Part shown: positions 41,114 through 50,278 of the stretch, in pieces
Position numbering within the stretch: position 1 is the first letter of the stretch
Layout: every line of letters starts with the position of its first letter
Assembly (NCBI GenBank): GCA_012729435.1
Contig: JAAYDD010000351.1
Span: forward strand, 1-50,278
Length of the DNA: 50,278 nt
Direction of reading: 5' to 3'
Source: Desulfobulbus sp.
GTDB lineage: Bacteria; Desulfobacterota; Desulfobulbia; Desulfobulbales; Desulfobulbaceae
Program-made: the position numbers and the translations under genes
Notes under the pieces: model-generated
What the model was told of the DNA's origin: nothing
Databases searched by the model: none
What the model saw: only the letters and a program-made list of their open reading frames with translations

Positions 41114-42430
41114 ATGATGTGGAATGCGATCAAGAAATCCCTGCACGGTCTCTTGTCAGAGAGCGAACTGAACTTATGGATCAACCCGATTCAGTGCCAA
41201 CACCAGGAAGGAGAGGTCCTCACCCTCACCGGGCCGGATCGTTTTTTCTGCGCCTGGGTCGCAGATCGGTATCTTGAACACATCCGCCGTGCCGCTCTGG
41301 AGATCGGACAGTTCACGGATGTTCGTCTTCTTGTCGCCACGCCGCAAATTCCGGACTTTGAAAATGGCAGAGGAGGTCAGCTCCTGCTGCCGGGTACGGC
41401 CCCGGCTCCGAAGTTGCGTTCCCTCCATCCGGCCTTTACCTTTGATCAGTTCATGATGGGTGAATCAAACCTTCTGGCCGGATCTGCCTGCAAGGCGCTG
41501 GCCGCCGGTGAGAAGACCTTCGGGAACTGTCTTTTTATGAACAGCAGTACCGGGCTCGGCAAAAGCCATCTCACCCAGGCTGTGGTCCATCAGGTGCTGC
41601 AGACCGCCCCTTCCACCCGCATCCACTATCTGACGGCCCAGCAGTTCGCCGCTGACATGGTGAAGAACATCCGGGCAAAATCCATGGAGCTCTTTTCCAG
41701 AAAATATGTCAGCAACTGCGACATGCTGCTGGTGGAAGACATCCACACGCTGACAGGTAAGGCAAAGACACAGGAAGAACTCAACACCATCCTCGACTAT
41801 CTCATCAAATCAGGACGCCGGGTAATCCTCACGTCTGCCGTCCCCCACAACAAACTGACGGACTTTGACGAGGACTTCCGCAGCCGTATCGCCTCAGGAC
41901 TGGTCACCGGTATCACATCGCCTGATTTTGAAACACGGACACGGATCATCCGCCACAAGATGAGCCTGCACGGTCTGTCCATTCCAGACGATCAGGTCGG
42001 ATTTATCGCCGAGCACCTCAGAGGAGACGTGCGCCGCATTGAAAACGCCATAATCGGTATCAAGGCACAGTGCTGTATGCGGAAAACAGGACCGGACAGC
42101 GACATAATCCGTGACGTGGTCTTCGGACTGACCGGCGGCACAGCAGAGGTGACAGCGGAAAGCATTCGTGATCTTGTCGGCCGTCAGTTCCGGGTCAGCG
42201 TCGATGATCTCTGTTCACGCTCCCGAAAACGGACCATCACCTTTCCCAGGCAGATGGCCATGTACCTGACGCGCAAGTTCACCAACCAGTCCCTTGCTGA
42301 TATCGGCTGCCTCTACAACCGTGATCACTCAACGGTTCTTCACGCCATCAAAACCATCACCAGGGAGATGCGCCAGCAGGCATCGGTCCGTCAGCAGATC
42401 GAGATTCTGACCGCCCAGCTCAAACGGTAG
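41114..42430 (+). CDS. dnaA: DnaA-family initiator-like AAA+ protein (probable second paralogue)
   Basis: FTFDQF, TGLGKSHL, LLVEDIH, TQEEL, domain IV PRQMAMYL...RDHSTVLHA; no dnaN downstream. Confidence 0.85.
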   Translation: MMWNAIKKSLHGLLSESELNLWINPIQCQHQEGEVLTLTGPDRFFCAWVADRYLEHIRRAALEIGQFTDVRLLVATPQIPDFENGRGGQLLLPGTAPAPKLRSLHPAFTFDQFMMGESNLLAGSACKALAAGEKTFGNCLFMNSSTGLGKSHLTQAVVHQVLQTAPSTRIHYLTAQQFAADMVKNIRAKSMELFSRKYVSNCDMLLVEDIHTLTGKAKTQEELNTILDYLIKSGRRVILTSAVPHNKLTDFDEDFRSRIASGLVTGITSPDFETRTRIIRHKMSLHGLSIPDDQVGFIAEHLRGDVRRIENAIIGIKAQCCMRKTGPDSDIIRDVVFGLTGGTAEVTAESIRDLVGRQFRVSVDDLCSRSRKRTITFPRQMAMYLTRKFTNQSLADIGCLYNRDHSTVLHAIKTITREMRQQASVRQQIEILTAQLKR

Positions 42431-42479
42431 ACCACGGCTGCCGTATTGCCTCCAGTGCGGCTGACAGGAGGCGGCGGCA

Positions 42480-43874
42480 TCAGAAGTAGATCTTTTTCAC
42501 CTCAGGAGACTGCTCTGCCCGGCCCTCATCCACAAGTGCGGCCACAGACTGACGAGCCTCCCTGATCATATCGTTGATACCGATACCCCGCCACCCGAAC
42601 CCGCAACAGCGCAGATCAGCATGGGTGGTGTGCACTGACTGCCGCCACCGCAACAGTCCGGTATAGCCGTGCTCCAGCTGCGGGATTCCCGATGACGGCC
42701 GTAAAACCGCACTGTAAACCGGGGGTGTCAGTTCCATGAGCTGACTGAGATCATGATACACCGCATCAATCAGTTCATCGTCCCCCAAATGCAATCGCTC
42801 CGGATGACGGCGGCCCCCGACCAGGGCTTCCACCAGCTGACAGCCGGCCGGGGCCCGGCCGGGAAACATGTGCGAGGAGAACAGGGCCCCCAGGGTGAAG
42901 CGCTGTTCCGTCTCCGGCGCGAGATACCCGAAACCATGGGGGATCTCTGCCCGGGAGTCAAAGCCGAGCAGTACGGATAAGATCCGCGCCTCCGGAATGG
43001 CGGAGATGGGGGGCGGCATCACGGGCAACGCCGCGTCCAGCAGCTGCAAAGACGTGTTGACCGGAAGAGCGAGGAGAAGTTTCCGGCAGTGCAGCCGGCC
43101 CCGGTTGCTGTGAACGAGCCAGCCGTCCGGCTGCCGGATCACCTCCTGGACAGACGTCCGGTACCCGATCATCCCGGTCAGGTTTTCCGCCAGACAACGG
43201 GGCAGTGCAGCCATGCCGCCGTTGAAGCTGATCATGGACGGCAGCCCCCTTTTGGCACGCTTTTCCCTACCCGCGGTCCGCATCTTTGCCAGCATGCCAC
43301 GGATAACCGAACCGTGGCGCCGTTCCGTCTCCCGGACACCGGGCATAACCGCATCGATCCGCAGCCGTTCGATATCACCGGCATAGGTTCCGGTGAAAAC
43401 GGCATCGGCAAAGGGGAGGAGTGCCGCCCCGAACCGATGCGCCACCCAGTCGGACACTGAGGGCTCCCCTTTAAGCGGCCTCTTCCACACATCTGCCAGG
43501 ACCCGCAGCTTCGCGCCCCAGGAAATGAGCGGCCGGCGGACGACCGCCAGCGGCTTTTGCGGAATACACTCCAGCCGTCCGTTGAGACAGAGGTAGCGGA
43601 CAAACTCGGCCAGAGGTGCGGTTACGACCTCTTTTTCCAGACCGGCCAGCCTGATCAGCTCCCGGCTTTCCGCGCAGTTGTCAAGAAAACCGTGCGCTCC
43701 CCACTCGGCAAGATAGCCGCCGTCGCTGTAGGAGGCGATGGCACCTCCCGGCCTGTCCGCCTGTTCGAGGATGAACAGCTCCAGATCCGGGCAAAGCGCC
43801 CGGGCAAAGGTTGCCGCGCTCAAACCGGAGATTCCGGCACCGACAATGCAGAGGTCATACGAGGTCGATTTCAT
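42480..43874 (-). CDS. hemG: Protoporphyrinogen/coproporphyrinogen oxidase (HemY-type flavoprotein)
   Basis: IVGAGISGL FAD motif, GTYAGD, GFGYL, SSHMFPGRAP, GIGINDMI. Confidence 0.87.
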   Translation of the reverse strand: MKSTSYDLCIVGAGISGLSAATFARALCPDLELFILEQADRPGGAIASYSDGGYLAEWGAHGFLDNCAESRELIRLAGLEKEVVTAPLAEFVRYLCLNGRLECIPQKPLAVVRRPLISWGAKLRVLADVWKRPLKGEPSVSDWVAHRFGAALLPFADAVFTGTYAGDIERLRIDAVMPGVRETERRHGSVIRGMLAKMRTAGREKRAKRGLPSMISFNGGMAALPRCLAENLTGMIGYRTSVQEVIRQPDGWLVHSNRGRLHCRKLLLALPVNTSLQLLDAALPVMPPPISAIPEARILSVLLGFDSRAEIPHGFGYLAPETEQRFTLGALFSSHMFPGRAPAGCQLVEALVGGRRHPERLHLGDDELIDAVYHDLSQLMELTPPVYSAVLRPSSGIPQLEHGYTGLLRWRQSVHTTHADLRCCGFGWRGIGINDMIREARQSVAALVDEGRAEQSPEVKKIYF

Positions 43875-43921
43875 ACAGGCAGAGAAGCTGAAAGACTCAT
43901 TGCATGGGCAGAGGCCCTGTC

Positions 43922-43949
43922 TTGACAGAGAATCATTCGTGCTTACCAT
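43922..43949 (+). promoter_or_regulatory. Putative sigma70 promoter of htpG
   Basis: TTGACA-16 nt-TACCAT. Confidence 0.45.
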
Positions 43950-44059
43950 GTTGCCCGGATAAAAGAAAGCCTCTTTATCTGCCTGGTATTATCACAAAAA
44001 CGTGTGCCGGCCGGCCATAAACACACTTATTTTTTTATGTACTTTGAGGAACACCACCC

Positions 44060-45955
44060 ATGACAGCAACACAGGTTGAAACCAAGCAGTTTCAGGCGGA
44101 GACCAGAAAGGTTCTCGATATCGTCATCAACTCACTCTATACCGAGCGCGACATCTTTGTCCGCGAGCTGGTCTCCAACGCCGCGGATGCTCTGGAGAAA
44201 TTCCGTCATCAGAGCCTCCTGGAAAAGATCGAATTTGACAGCCACGTCCCCCTTGAGATCACCATTGACTGTGACGATAAAAACCACACCCTTACCATCA
44301 CCGACACCGGCATCGGTATGACAAGGGAGGAACTTGAGACCAACCTCGGGACCATTGCCCACTCCGGCTCCCAGCACTTCTTTGAACAGCTCGCTGAAGC
44401 CGCCAAAAAAGACGTCAACCTCATCGGCCAGTTCGGTGTCGGCTTCTACTCGGTGTTCATGGCGGCAAAGAACGTCCGGGTGCAGACCCGCTCCTGGGAC
44501 GGCTCAGAGGGATGGGAGTGGAGCTCCGACGGCGGCGGCTCCTACACCATCGGCCCCTGTCCCGGCCTGCACCGCGGCACACGGATCATCATCGAACTGA
44601 AAGACGATGCCCACACCTATGCCTCCAAGTTCACCATTGAACGGATCATTCAGCAGTACTCCACCTTCGTTCCCTTCCCTGTCAAGGTCGAGGGAAAAAA
44701 GGTCAACACCGTCCAGGCGATCTGGTCCCGCTCCAAAGCCGAGATCACCGATGAGGAGTACAACGAGTTCTACAAGTTCATCGGCAACGCGGTTGATGAA
44801 CCGTTTTACCGCTTTCACTTCTCCGCCGATGCCCCGCTCTCCATCAATGCCCTTGTCTATGTGCCCAAAGAGAACTTTGAAGTGCTCGGCATGGGCCGGA
44901 TGCAACCCGGTGTCAACCTCTACTGCCAGAAGGTGCTGATCGACCAGCACAGTGAGAACATCCTTCCGGAATGGCTCCGTTTCCTCAAAGGTGTGGTTGA
45001 CTCGGAAGACCTGCCGCTGAACATCTCGCGTCAGTCGCTGCAGGACAACGCTCTGGTCATCAAACTCCGCAAGGTCCTGACAAAACGGGTCATCAGGTTC
45101 TTTGCCGAGGAAGCCGAACGTGATGCCGGCAAGTACCTTGAATTCTGGAAAACATTCGGCATCTTCATCAAAGAGGGGATGACGAGTGACTTTGAACACC
45201 GCACTGATCTCGCCAAGCTCCTCCGTTTCGAGTCCTCGGCCAGCGAACCGGGTGTCATGATCTCACTTGACGAGTACGTCGGCCGGATGAAAGAGGGACA
45301 GGACAAGATCTACTTTATCAACGGTCCGAGCCGTGCCGCTGTTGAGTACGGACCCTATGTGGAGATGTTCAAAAAGCGCGGTGTTGAGATCTTCTATACC
45401 TTGGATCCTATCGACGACTTTGTCCTCAATCATCTGGGCGAGTATGACGGCAAAAAACTCGTTTCCGCTGACCGTGCCGATCTCAGCCTGCCGGAGAGCA
45501 CGGAAGCTCCGGCCGACACCGCAACCGACGAGCAGCAGGTTGAGCCGCTGGCCGATGCTGTGGCCACCTCGCTCTGCCGCTGGATGAAAGAGGTGCTCGG
45601 AGAGCGTATTCAGGAGGTGAAGACCTCTGACCGGCTCGTGGACAGCCCGGCCATGATCGTGAATGTCGACGGCTTTATGACCTCATCCATGGAACGGATC
45701 CTCAAAGCGTCCGGGCAGACCGAGGCCTTCGGCATCGGCTCGAAGAAGGATATGGAGATCAACACGCGCAGTAATCTCATCAAACGCCTGGCAACACTGC
45801 GGGAAAGTGACGCTGATTTTGCCCGGGATCTTGTTGAACAGCTGTACGACAACGCCATGATCCAGGCAGGGCTCCTCGTTGACCCCATGATCATGGTGCG
45901 CCGCAACTACCGTATCCTGGAACGTGCTGCAGACGTCTCCTCGCAGACCGAATGA
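44060..45955 (+). CDS. htpG: Chaperone Hsp90
   Basis: FQAE, RELVSNAADA, DTGIGM, IGQFGVGFYS, DSEDLPLNISR. Confidence 0.97.
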   Translation: MTATQVETKQFQAETRKVLDIVINSLYTERDIFVRELVSNAADALEKFRHQSLLEKIEFDSHVPLEITIDCDDKNHTLTITDTGIGMTREELETNLGTIAHSGSQHFFEQLAEAAKKDVNLIGQFGVGFYSVFMAAKNVRVQTRSWDGSEGWEWSSDGGGSYTIGPCPGLHRGTRIIIELKDDAHTYASKFTIERIIQQYSTFVPFPVKVEGKKVNTVQAIWSRSKAEITDEEYNEFYKFIGNAVDEPFYRFHFSADAPLSINALVYVPKENFEVLGMGRMQPGVNLYCQKVLIDQHSENILPEWLRFLKGVVDSEDLPLNISRQSLQDNALVIKLRKVLTKRVIRFFAEEAERDAGKYLEFWKTFGIFIKEGMTSDFEHRTDLAKLLRFESSASEPGVMISLDEYVGRMKEGQDKIYFINGPSRAAVEYGPYVEMFKKRGVEIFYTLDPIDDFVLNHLGEYDGKKLVSADRADLSLPESTEAPADTATDEQQVEPLADAVATSLCRWMKEVLGERIQEVKTSDRLVDSPAMIVNVDGFMTSSMERILKASGQTEAFGIGSKKDMEINTRSNLIKRLATLRESDADFARDLVEQLYDNAMIQAGLLVDPMIMVRRNYRILERAADVSSQTE

Positions 45956-46064
45956 CATCTCTGTTCCGGGTCTATGGCCTGCGACGGGCAACCGCAGACC
46001 GGCGGATGGCCGGAACACCGGTTTTTCTTTGCATCCCGGCGTCAACACGGTATCATCTCTTGAA

Positions 46065-46101
46065 AAAAGGTTGTGTTCACGATATAGGAACACAACCTTT
46101 T
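46065..46101. terminator. Perfect 14-bp inverted repeat (bidirectional terminator or operator)
   Basis: AAAAGGTTGTGTTC-9 nt-GAACACAACCTTTT between htpG and the lipoprotein gene. Confidence 0.55.
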
Positions 46102-46130
46102 CCGTTCTATGAATCGCTTCTGGAGAAACT

Positions 46131-46514
46131 GTGATGCGTTCATCCCTTCTCATACTTTTCATGGCGCTTCTTTTTCTCGGCGGCTGCTATACAAAACAGA
46201 TCCGTCACCTTGCCTCCGATGCCGCCCTGATCAAACCCGGACAGACCACGGTTAAAGAGGTGCAGAAGTATCTGGGAGAACCCGACGCCCGGCGCGAGGT
46301 GGCGCCCGGAGTCAGTGAATTTCTCTACTATGAGAGCCGACCCGGGATGTTCGGGACCATGCCGCTGCTCGGTTCGCTGACCAGCCCCAAAGGGTATGAG
46401 ATGATCATTCTCACCATCACCAACGACGTGGTCACCAGTTGTGATTTCCGCAACCACGACGAGTCAGACCGCAAGTGGCTCGAAGATTACACCTGGGATC
46501 AGGAACTTCAGTGA
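46131..46514 (+). CDS. Lipoprotein, BamE/SmpA-like
   Basis: Lipobox LGGC; IKPGQTTVKEVQKYLGEP. Confidence 0.7.
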   Translation: MMRSSLLILFMALLFLGGCYTKQIRHLASDAALIKPGQTTVKEVQKYLGEPDARREVAPGVSEFLYYESRPGMFGTMPLLGSLTSPKGYEMIILTITNDVVTSCDFRNHDESDRKWLEDYTWDQELQ

Positions 46515-47164
46515 ACCCGCTCACCGTCTTTGACATCAACCGGGAACGGATGATCGAGGAACAGCTCATTCCCCGGGGCATAACCGATCAGCGGGTTCTT
46601 GACGCCATGCGGACAGTGCCGCGGCATCTTTTTGTTGAGGATGCCATCCAGTCGCAGGCATACAGCGACTTTCCCCTGCCCATCGGCAGCGGCCAGACCA
46701 TCTCCCAGCCCTACATCGTCGCGCTGATGACCATGGCCCTGCAGCTCACCGGATCTGAGAGAATCCTGGAAATCGGCACCGGTTCCGGTTACCATGCCGC
46801 CGTTCTCTCCCGGCTCTGCGAGAAGGTCTACACCGTGGAGCGGCTGGATGCCCTTGTCAGCAGGGCACGCAAGATCTTCGACCGGCTGCGCTACTACAAC
46901 ATCGTCTCCCGGATTGACGACGGCACCGAGGGCTGGCCTTCGGAAGCACCCTTTGACCGGATCATCGTGACCGCCGGCGGTCCCCGCATACCCGCACCCC
47001 TCATCGATCAACTGGCGGATCCCGGTCGTCTCATCATGCCGGTCGGCGGGCAGGAGGTACAGGAGCTGCAGGTGGCGGATAAACGCGATGGCGACATCAA
47101 AATAACAACCATCGAGCGTGTCCGCTTTGTGGATCTCATAGGGGCCCACGGCTGGCCCAACTGA
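46511..47164 (+). CDS. pcm: Protein-L-isoaspartate O-methyltransferase
   Basis: VPRHLFV, GQTISQPYIVA, LEIGTGSGY, APFDRIIVTA; GTG 46511 overlapping upstream stop. Confidence 0.95.
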   Translation: MNPLTVFDINRERMIEEQLIPRGITDQRVLDAMRTVPRHLFVEDAIQSQAYSDFPLPIGSGQTISQPYIVALMTMALQLTGSERILEIGTGSGYHAAVLSRLCEKVYTVERLDALVSRARKIFDRLRYYNIVSRIDDGTEGWPSEAPFDRIIVTAGGPRIPAPLIDQLADPGRLIMPVGGQEVQELQVADKRDGDIKITTIERVRFVDLIGAHGWPN

Positions 47165-47318
47165 CAAGAGACCTTCTTTCCGCAGTACAGCCGGCCAAAC
47201 CCGGCCTGAACAGCCTCCCCTCTTCTTCTGCCGGGAAAAACCTTGCATTCGGCGGGGCGACGAGAGAAAATAACTACGTATCAGTCAACCTCCCGCTCCA
47301 TCCGCATCCGATAAAGAC

Positions 47319-49154
47319 ATGTCATTTCTCAACAGCGAAGCCCTTCTCGACCTTCTTGTCAAACAGCACATCCTTTCCCCTGAACAGCGTCGGCTTGTTC
47401 TCCTCCAGCAGGGGAAACAGCGCCAGAAACTCTTAAAACAGTTCGGCGGCCGCCGTCAGGAGGATCGCAACAGGCAGGTCAAGGGGTTTCCGGATCTTGT
47501 TGACATTATTGTCTCCCTCGGACTGGAGAACCCCGATGTCCAGCAGGGGCCGCTCACTGAGGAAACCATCATGCGGGCCGTTGCCAGGGGTCTGAACATC
47601 CCGTTTAAAAAACTCGATCCGCTGGAACTGGACATGGACACTGTGACAAAGACCATTCCGAGGTCTTTTGCGGTGAGTCACCTGATCCTGCCGATCGGCA
47701 TGCAGAACGGGATCCTTGAGGTTGTCAGCTATCATCCGGACAGCCAGTCAGTGTTTGAGGATATTGAACACGCCAATCAGGTGAAGGTCCGTCCGTACCT
47801 GTCAACACGCAGTGATATCCGCAAAATTCTCGCCGAATTCTTCGGCTTCCAGCGTTCCATCACTGCGGCTGAATCCCAGTTCGGCACGACCAGTGTCTCC
47901 ACCGCCGTGGATATCGGCAACCTCGAACAGTACGTGCGCCTCGCCTCGACCAGAGAACTGAGCTCCACTGATCAGCACATCAAGGCCGCAGTGAACCATC
48001 TGTTCAGCTACGCCCTGGAGCAGCGGGCCAGCGACATCCACATCGAGCCGAAACGGGACACCTGTCTGGTCCGTTTTCGCATCGACGGAATCCTCCACAC
48101 CATTTACAAGCTGCCCAAGGCGGTTCACTCTGCCATCACCTCGCGGATCAAGGGGCTGGCCCGACTGGATATCGCTGAAAAACGAAGGCCCCAGGACGGC
48201 CGTATCAAGATCGGTCGTCAGGAGGAAAGCCAGGAGGCGGAAATCCGGGTCTCCACGGTGCCGGTGGCCTTTGGCGAGAAGACGGTCATGCGTATCCTCA
48301 ACCCGGAGGTCATCTTTCAGCAGCTCGACGACCTCGGTTTTTCCCGGCGCGACCGTCTCGTCTACAACAGCTTCATGAACGCCGCCCACGGCATAGTCCT
48401 GGTGACCGGTCCCACGGGCAGCGGCAAATCAACAACCCTCTACTCAACCCTCAAACAGATCGCCTCTCCGGAGATCAATATCGTCACCATCGAGGATCCG
48501 GTTGAGATGGTGTACGAGGAGTTCAACCAGATCGCGGTCCAGCAGCAGATCGACGTCACCTTTTCATCCATTCTGCGCAACATCCTCCGCCAGGATCCGG
48601 ACATCATCATGATCGGAGAGATCCGCGACCTGGAAACCGCCACCTACGCGGTCCAGGCCGCCCTGACCGGCCATCTCGTCTTCTCCACGCTGCACACGAA
48701 CGATGCGGTTTCCACCATCATCCGTCTGGAGGATCTCGGGCTCGAACCCTTTCTCATTGCCTCCACCATGCTCGGAGCCCTGGCCCAGCGGCTCGTTCGG
48801 CGCAACTGCCCGTACTGTCTGGAACCATACACAGTGAACAGTGCCGAGCTGCGGAAACTCGGCTTTCCCGTTGCCGCCGGCCGCGGTGATCAGATTGAGC
48901 TGAAACGGGGCAAAGGCTGTCTCCAGTGCCGGAATACCGGCTACCTGGGCCGGATGGGTATCTTTGAAGTTTTTCCGATGTCTGAACAGCTTAAAAAACT
49001 GATCGCTGCCAAGGCGAACGGCTCGGAGCTCCGGCAGATCGCCATCCGTGAAGGCATGACCACACTGCGCGAGGATGCCTGGCGCAAGGTACAGGCCGGA
49101 CTGACCACGGTGGAGGAGGCGCTTCGTGTCACCGGAGAAACGGAAACCATCTGA
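47319..49154 (+). CDS. Type II secretion / type IV pilus assembly ATPase (GspE/PilB family)
   Basis: ASDIHIEP, RFRIDG, PQDGR, GPTGSGKSTT, EDPVE, LRQDPDIIMIGEIRD, STLHTND, CPYC/CLQC. Confidence 0.93.
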   Translation: MSFLNSEALLDLLVKQHILSPEQRRLVLLQQGKQRQKLLKQFGGRRQEDRNRQVKGFPDLVDIIVSLGLENPDVQQGPLTEETIMRAVARGLNIPFKKLDPLELDMDTVTKTIPRSFAVSHLILPIGMQNGILEVVSYHPDSQSVFEDIEHANQVKVRPYLSTRSDIRKILAEFFGFQRSITAAESQFGTTSVSTAVDIGNLEQYVRLASTRELSSTDQHIKAAVNHLFSYALEQRASDIHIEPKRDTCLVRFRIDGILHTIYKLPKAVHSAITSRIKGLARLDIAEKRRPQDGRIKIGRQEESQEAEIRVSTVPVAFGEKTVMRILNPEVIFQQLDDLGFSRRDRLVYNSFMNAAHGIVLVTGPTGSGKSTTLYSTLKQIASPEINIVTIEDPVEMVYEEFNQIAVQQQIDVTFSSILRNILRQDPDIIMIGEIRDLETATYAVQAALTGHLVFSTLHTNDAVSTIIRLEDLGLEPFLIASTMLGALAQRLVRRNCPYCLEPYTVNSAELRKLGFPVAAGRGDQIELKRGKGCLQCRNTGYLGRMGIFEVFPMSEQLKKLIAAKANGSELRQIAIREGMTTLREDAWRKVQAGLTTVEEALRVTGETETI

Positions 49155-49225
49155 TTTTTCACTGGCGCTTCCCCGGATCCGACCTATAGTATTGCTGATT
49201 AGTAACCAGAAACAGTGCAGAGCAT

Positions 49226-49681
49226 ATGGGACAGAAGATCGTCAGTAAAAACAAAAAGGCCTTTCACGACTATGCCATTGAGCAGACCTTTGAGGCCGGT
49301 ATTGTACTCAGTGGCCCTGAGGTGAAGTCGCTGCGGGCCGGCAGGGTCAATCTCCGTGACGGCTACGCCCAGCTCAAGGGCGGTGAGGTCTTCCTGTACA
49401 ACGTGCACATCTCGCCCTACTCCTATGCGACGCATGTTGAGCAGGATCCGCTTCGCGCCCGGAAACTCCTGCTGCATCGTCACGAGATCCGCAAGCTGAT
49501 CGGCAAACTCCACGAAAAAGGCATTGCACTGATACCATTGAAGATTTACTTTATTGAGAACGGCAGAGCCAAGGTCGAGATGGCCCTGGCCAAAGGAAAA
49601 AAACTCTACGATAAACGCGCTGCTCTGAAAGAGAAGCAGACGAACCTGGAAATAAAACGATCCATGCGAAACAGCGGATGA
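49226..49681 (+). CDS. smpB: SsrA-binding protein
   Basis: [14 protein letters not shown]...[20 protein letters not shown]. Confidence 0.97.
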   Translation: MGQKIVSKNKKAFHDYAIEQTFEAGIVLSGPEVKSLRAGRVNLRDGYAQLKGGEVFLYNVHISPYSYATHVEQDPLRARKLLLHRHEIRKLIGKLHEKGIALIPLKIYFIENGRAKVEMALAKGKKLYDKRAALKEKQTNLEIKRSMRNSG

Positions 49682-49736
49682 CCGGTCCGCTGCGGGCGGC
49701 TGATCGGCCAGACACCACACAAGAACACATGCTATG

Positions 49737-50093
49737 GGGGGCGAAACGGCTTCGACGGGGATATCAAAGCTTAATGTTGCATGCCGAGTTTTCTGTCAGC
49801 TCGTTAAACTGGCGGAATTAAATATAATCGCAGACGATTATAACTACGCACTGGCAGCTTAATCTGCCGTGCCGTTCCACCGGTTTTCGCCTGTAGAACC
49901 GGATCCGGAGCGTCGACTCCACAGGCTGGCTGTCCGTGAGCGCCTGGGCACGGCCGGCGAGATCTTCAGGCTGGCATCCGAATATCTCTGTTTCGGGAGA
50001 GACGCGGATGTGAGATTCAATCCCGGAACTATGCATGTAGAGACTTAAGGGGAGAATTTCCGGACCCGGGTTCAACTCCCGGCGCCTCCACCA
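49737..50093 (+). ncRNA. ssrA: tmRNA; tag peptide (A)DDYNYALAA* read from 49830-49862
   Basis: 5' GGGGGCG...TTCGAC; 3' GGTTCAACTCCCGGCGCCTCCACCA; G3-U pair in acceptor stem; directly after smpB. Confidence 0.97.
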
Positions 50094-50105
50094 TTTAGAA
50101 AAGAC

Positions 50106-50153
50106 AAACCCGTCTCTCTGGGGTCATTCTCCGGGGTGACGGGTTTTCTTTTT
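50106..50153 (+). terminator. Intrinsic terminator after ssrA
   Basis: AAACCCGTC...GACGGGTTT stem followed by T tract. Confidence 0.7.
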
Positions 50154-50278
50154 CCCCTTGCTTCTAAAGGGTTTGCGCCCGTTTCACATCTTTCCAAAGC
50201 ACCTCTCCGCACCATCGATTCTCCCCATCTTCCCGCCTTTCTTTCTCTGTTTGGCCCCTGATTCTCTGTTTTCTCCGG

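Noticed and set aside
43950-44059. CIRCE operator upstream of htpG
   Set aside because: TTAGCACTC-N9-GAGTGCTAA is not present.
50094-50278. Island integrated at the tmRNA 3' end
   Set aside because: Only a terminator and pyrimidine-rich sequence follow; the window ends before any evidence.

Overview
Bacterial chromosomal segment. Gene content and protein style suggest Desulfobacterota, probably Desulfobulbales (inference). Left arm (1-20.5 kb) is housekeeping: pgsA, lytic transglycosylase, transaldolase, folK, dapBAF, argHGF-mntP-argDB, lptAB-rpoN-ptsN, class II DAHP synthase, prmA and tRNA-Asn. A ~15.5 kb accessory block follows tRNA-Asn. It holds (i) an intact six-gene type III-C CRISPR-Cas effector operon (cmr1-cmr6-cas10/csx11-cmr4-cmr5-cmr3) with no array, cas6, cas1/2 or ancillary effector in the window, (ii) adjacent IS66 and IS4 transposase relics, and (iii) a complete, visibly GC-richer N-ATPase operon (atpDCQRBEFAG). 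The Cas10 lacks GGDD and its HD motif is degenerate (LHMTGK), while Cmr4 keeps its catalytic Asp. Cmr1 and Cas10 each carry an in-frame 15-bp x4 tandem repeat, and a possible rod-like RNA hairpin lies upstream of cmr1. Right arm: cobalamin genes (cobO, cobQ, cobD, cbiB), a DnaA paralogue not linked to dnaN, hemY/hemG, htpG, a lipoprotein, pcm, an orphan GspE/PilB ATPase, smpB and tmRNA. All family calls come from motif recognition by eye; no database search was run.
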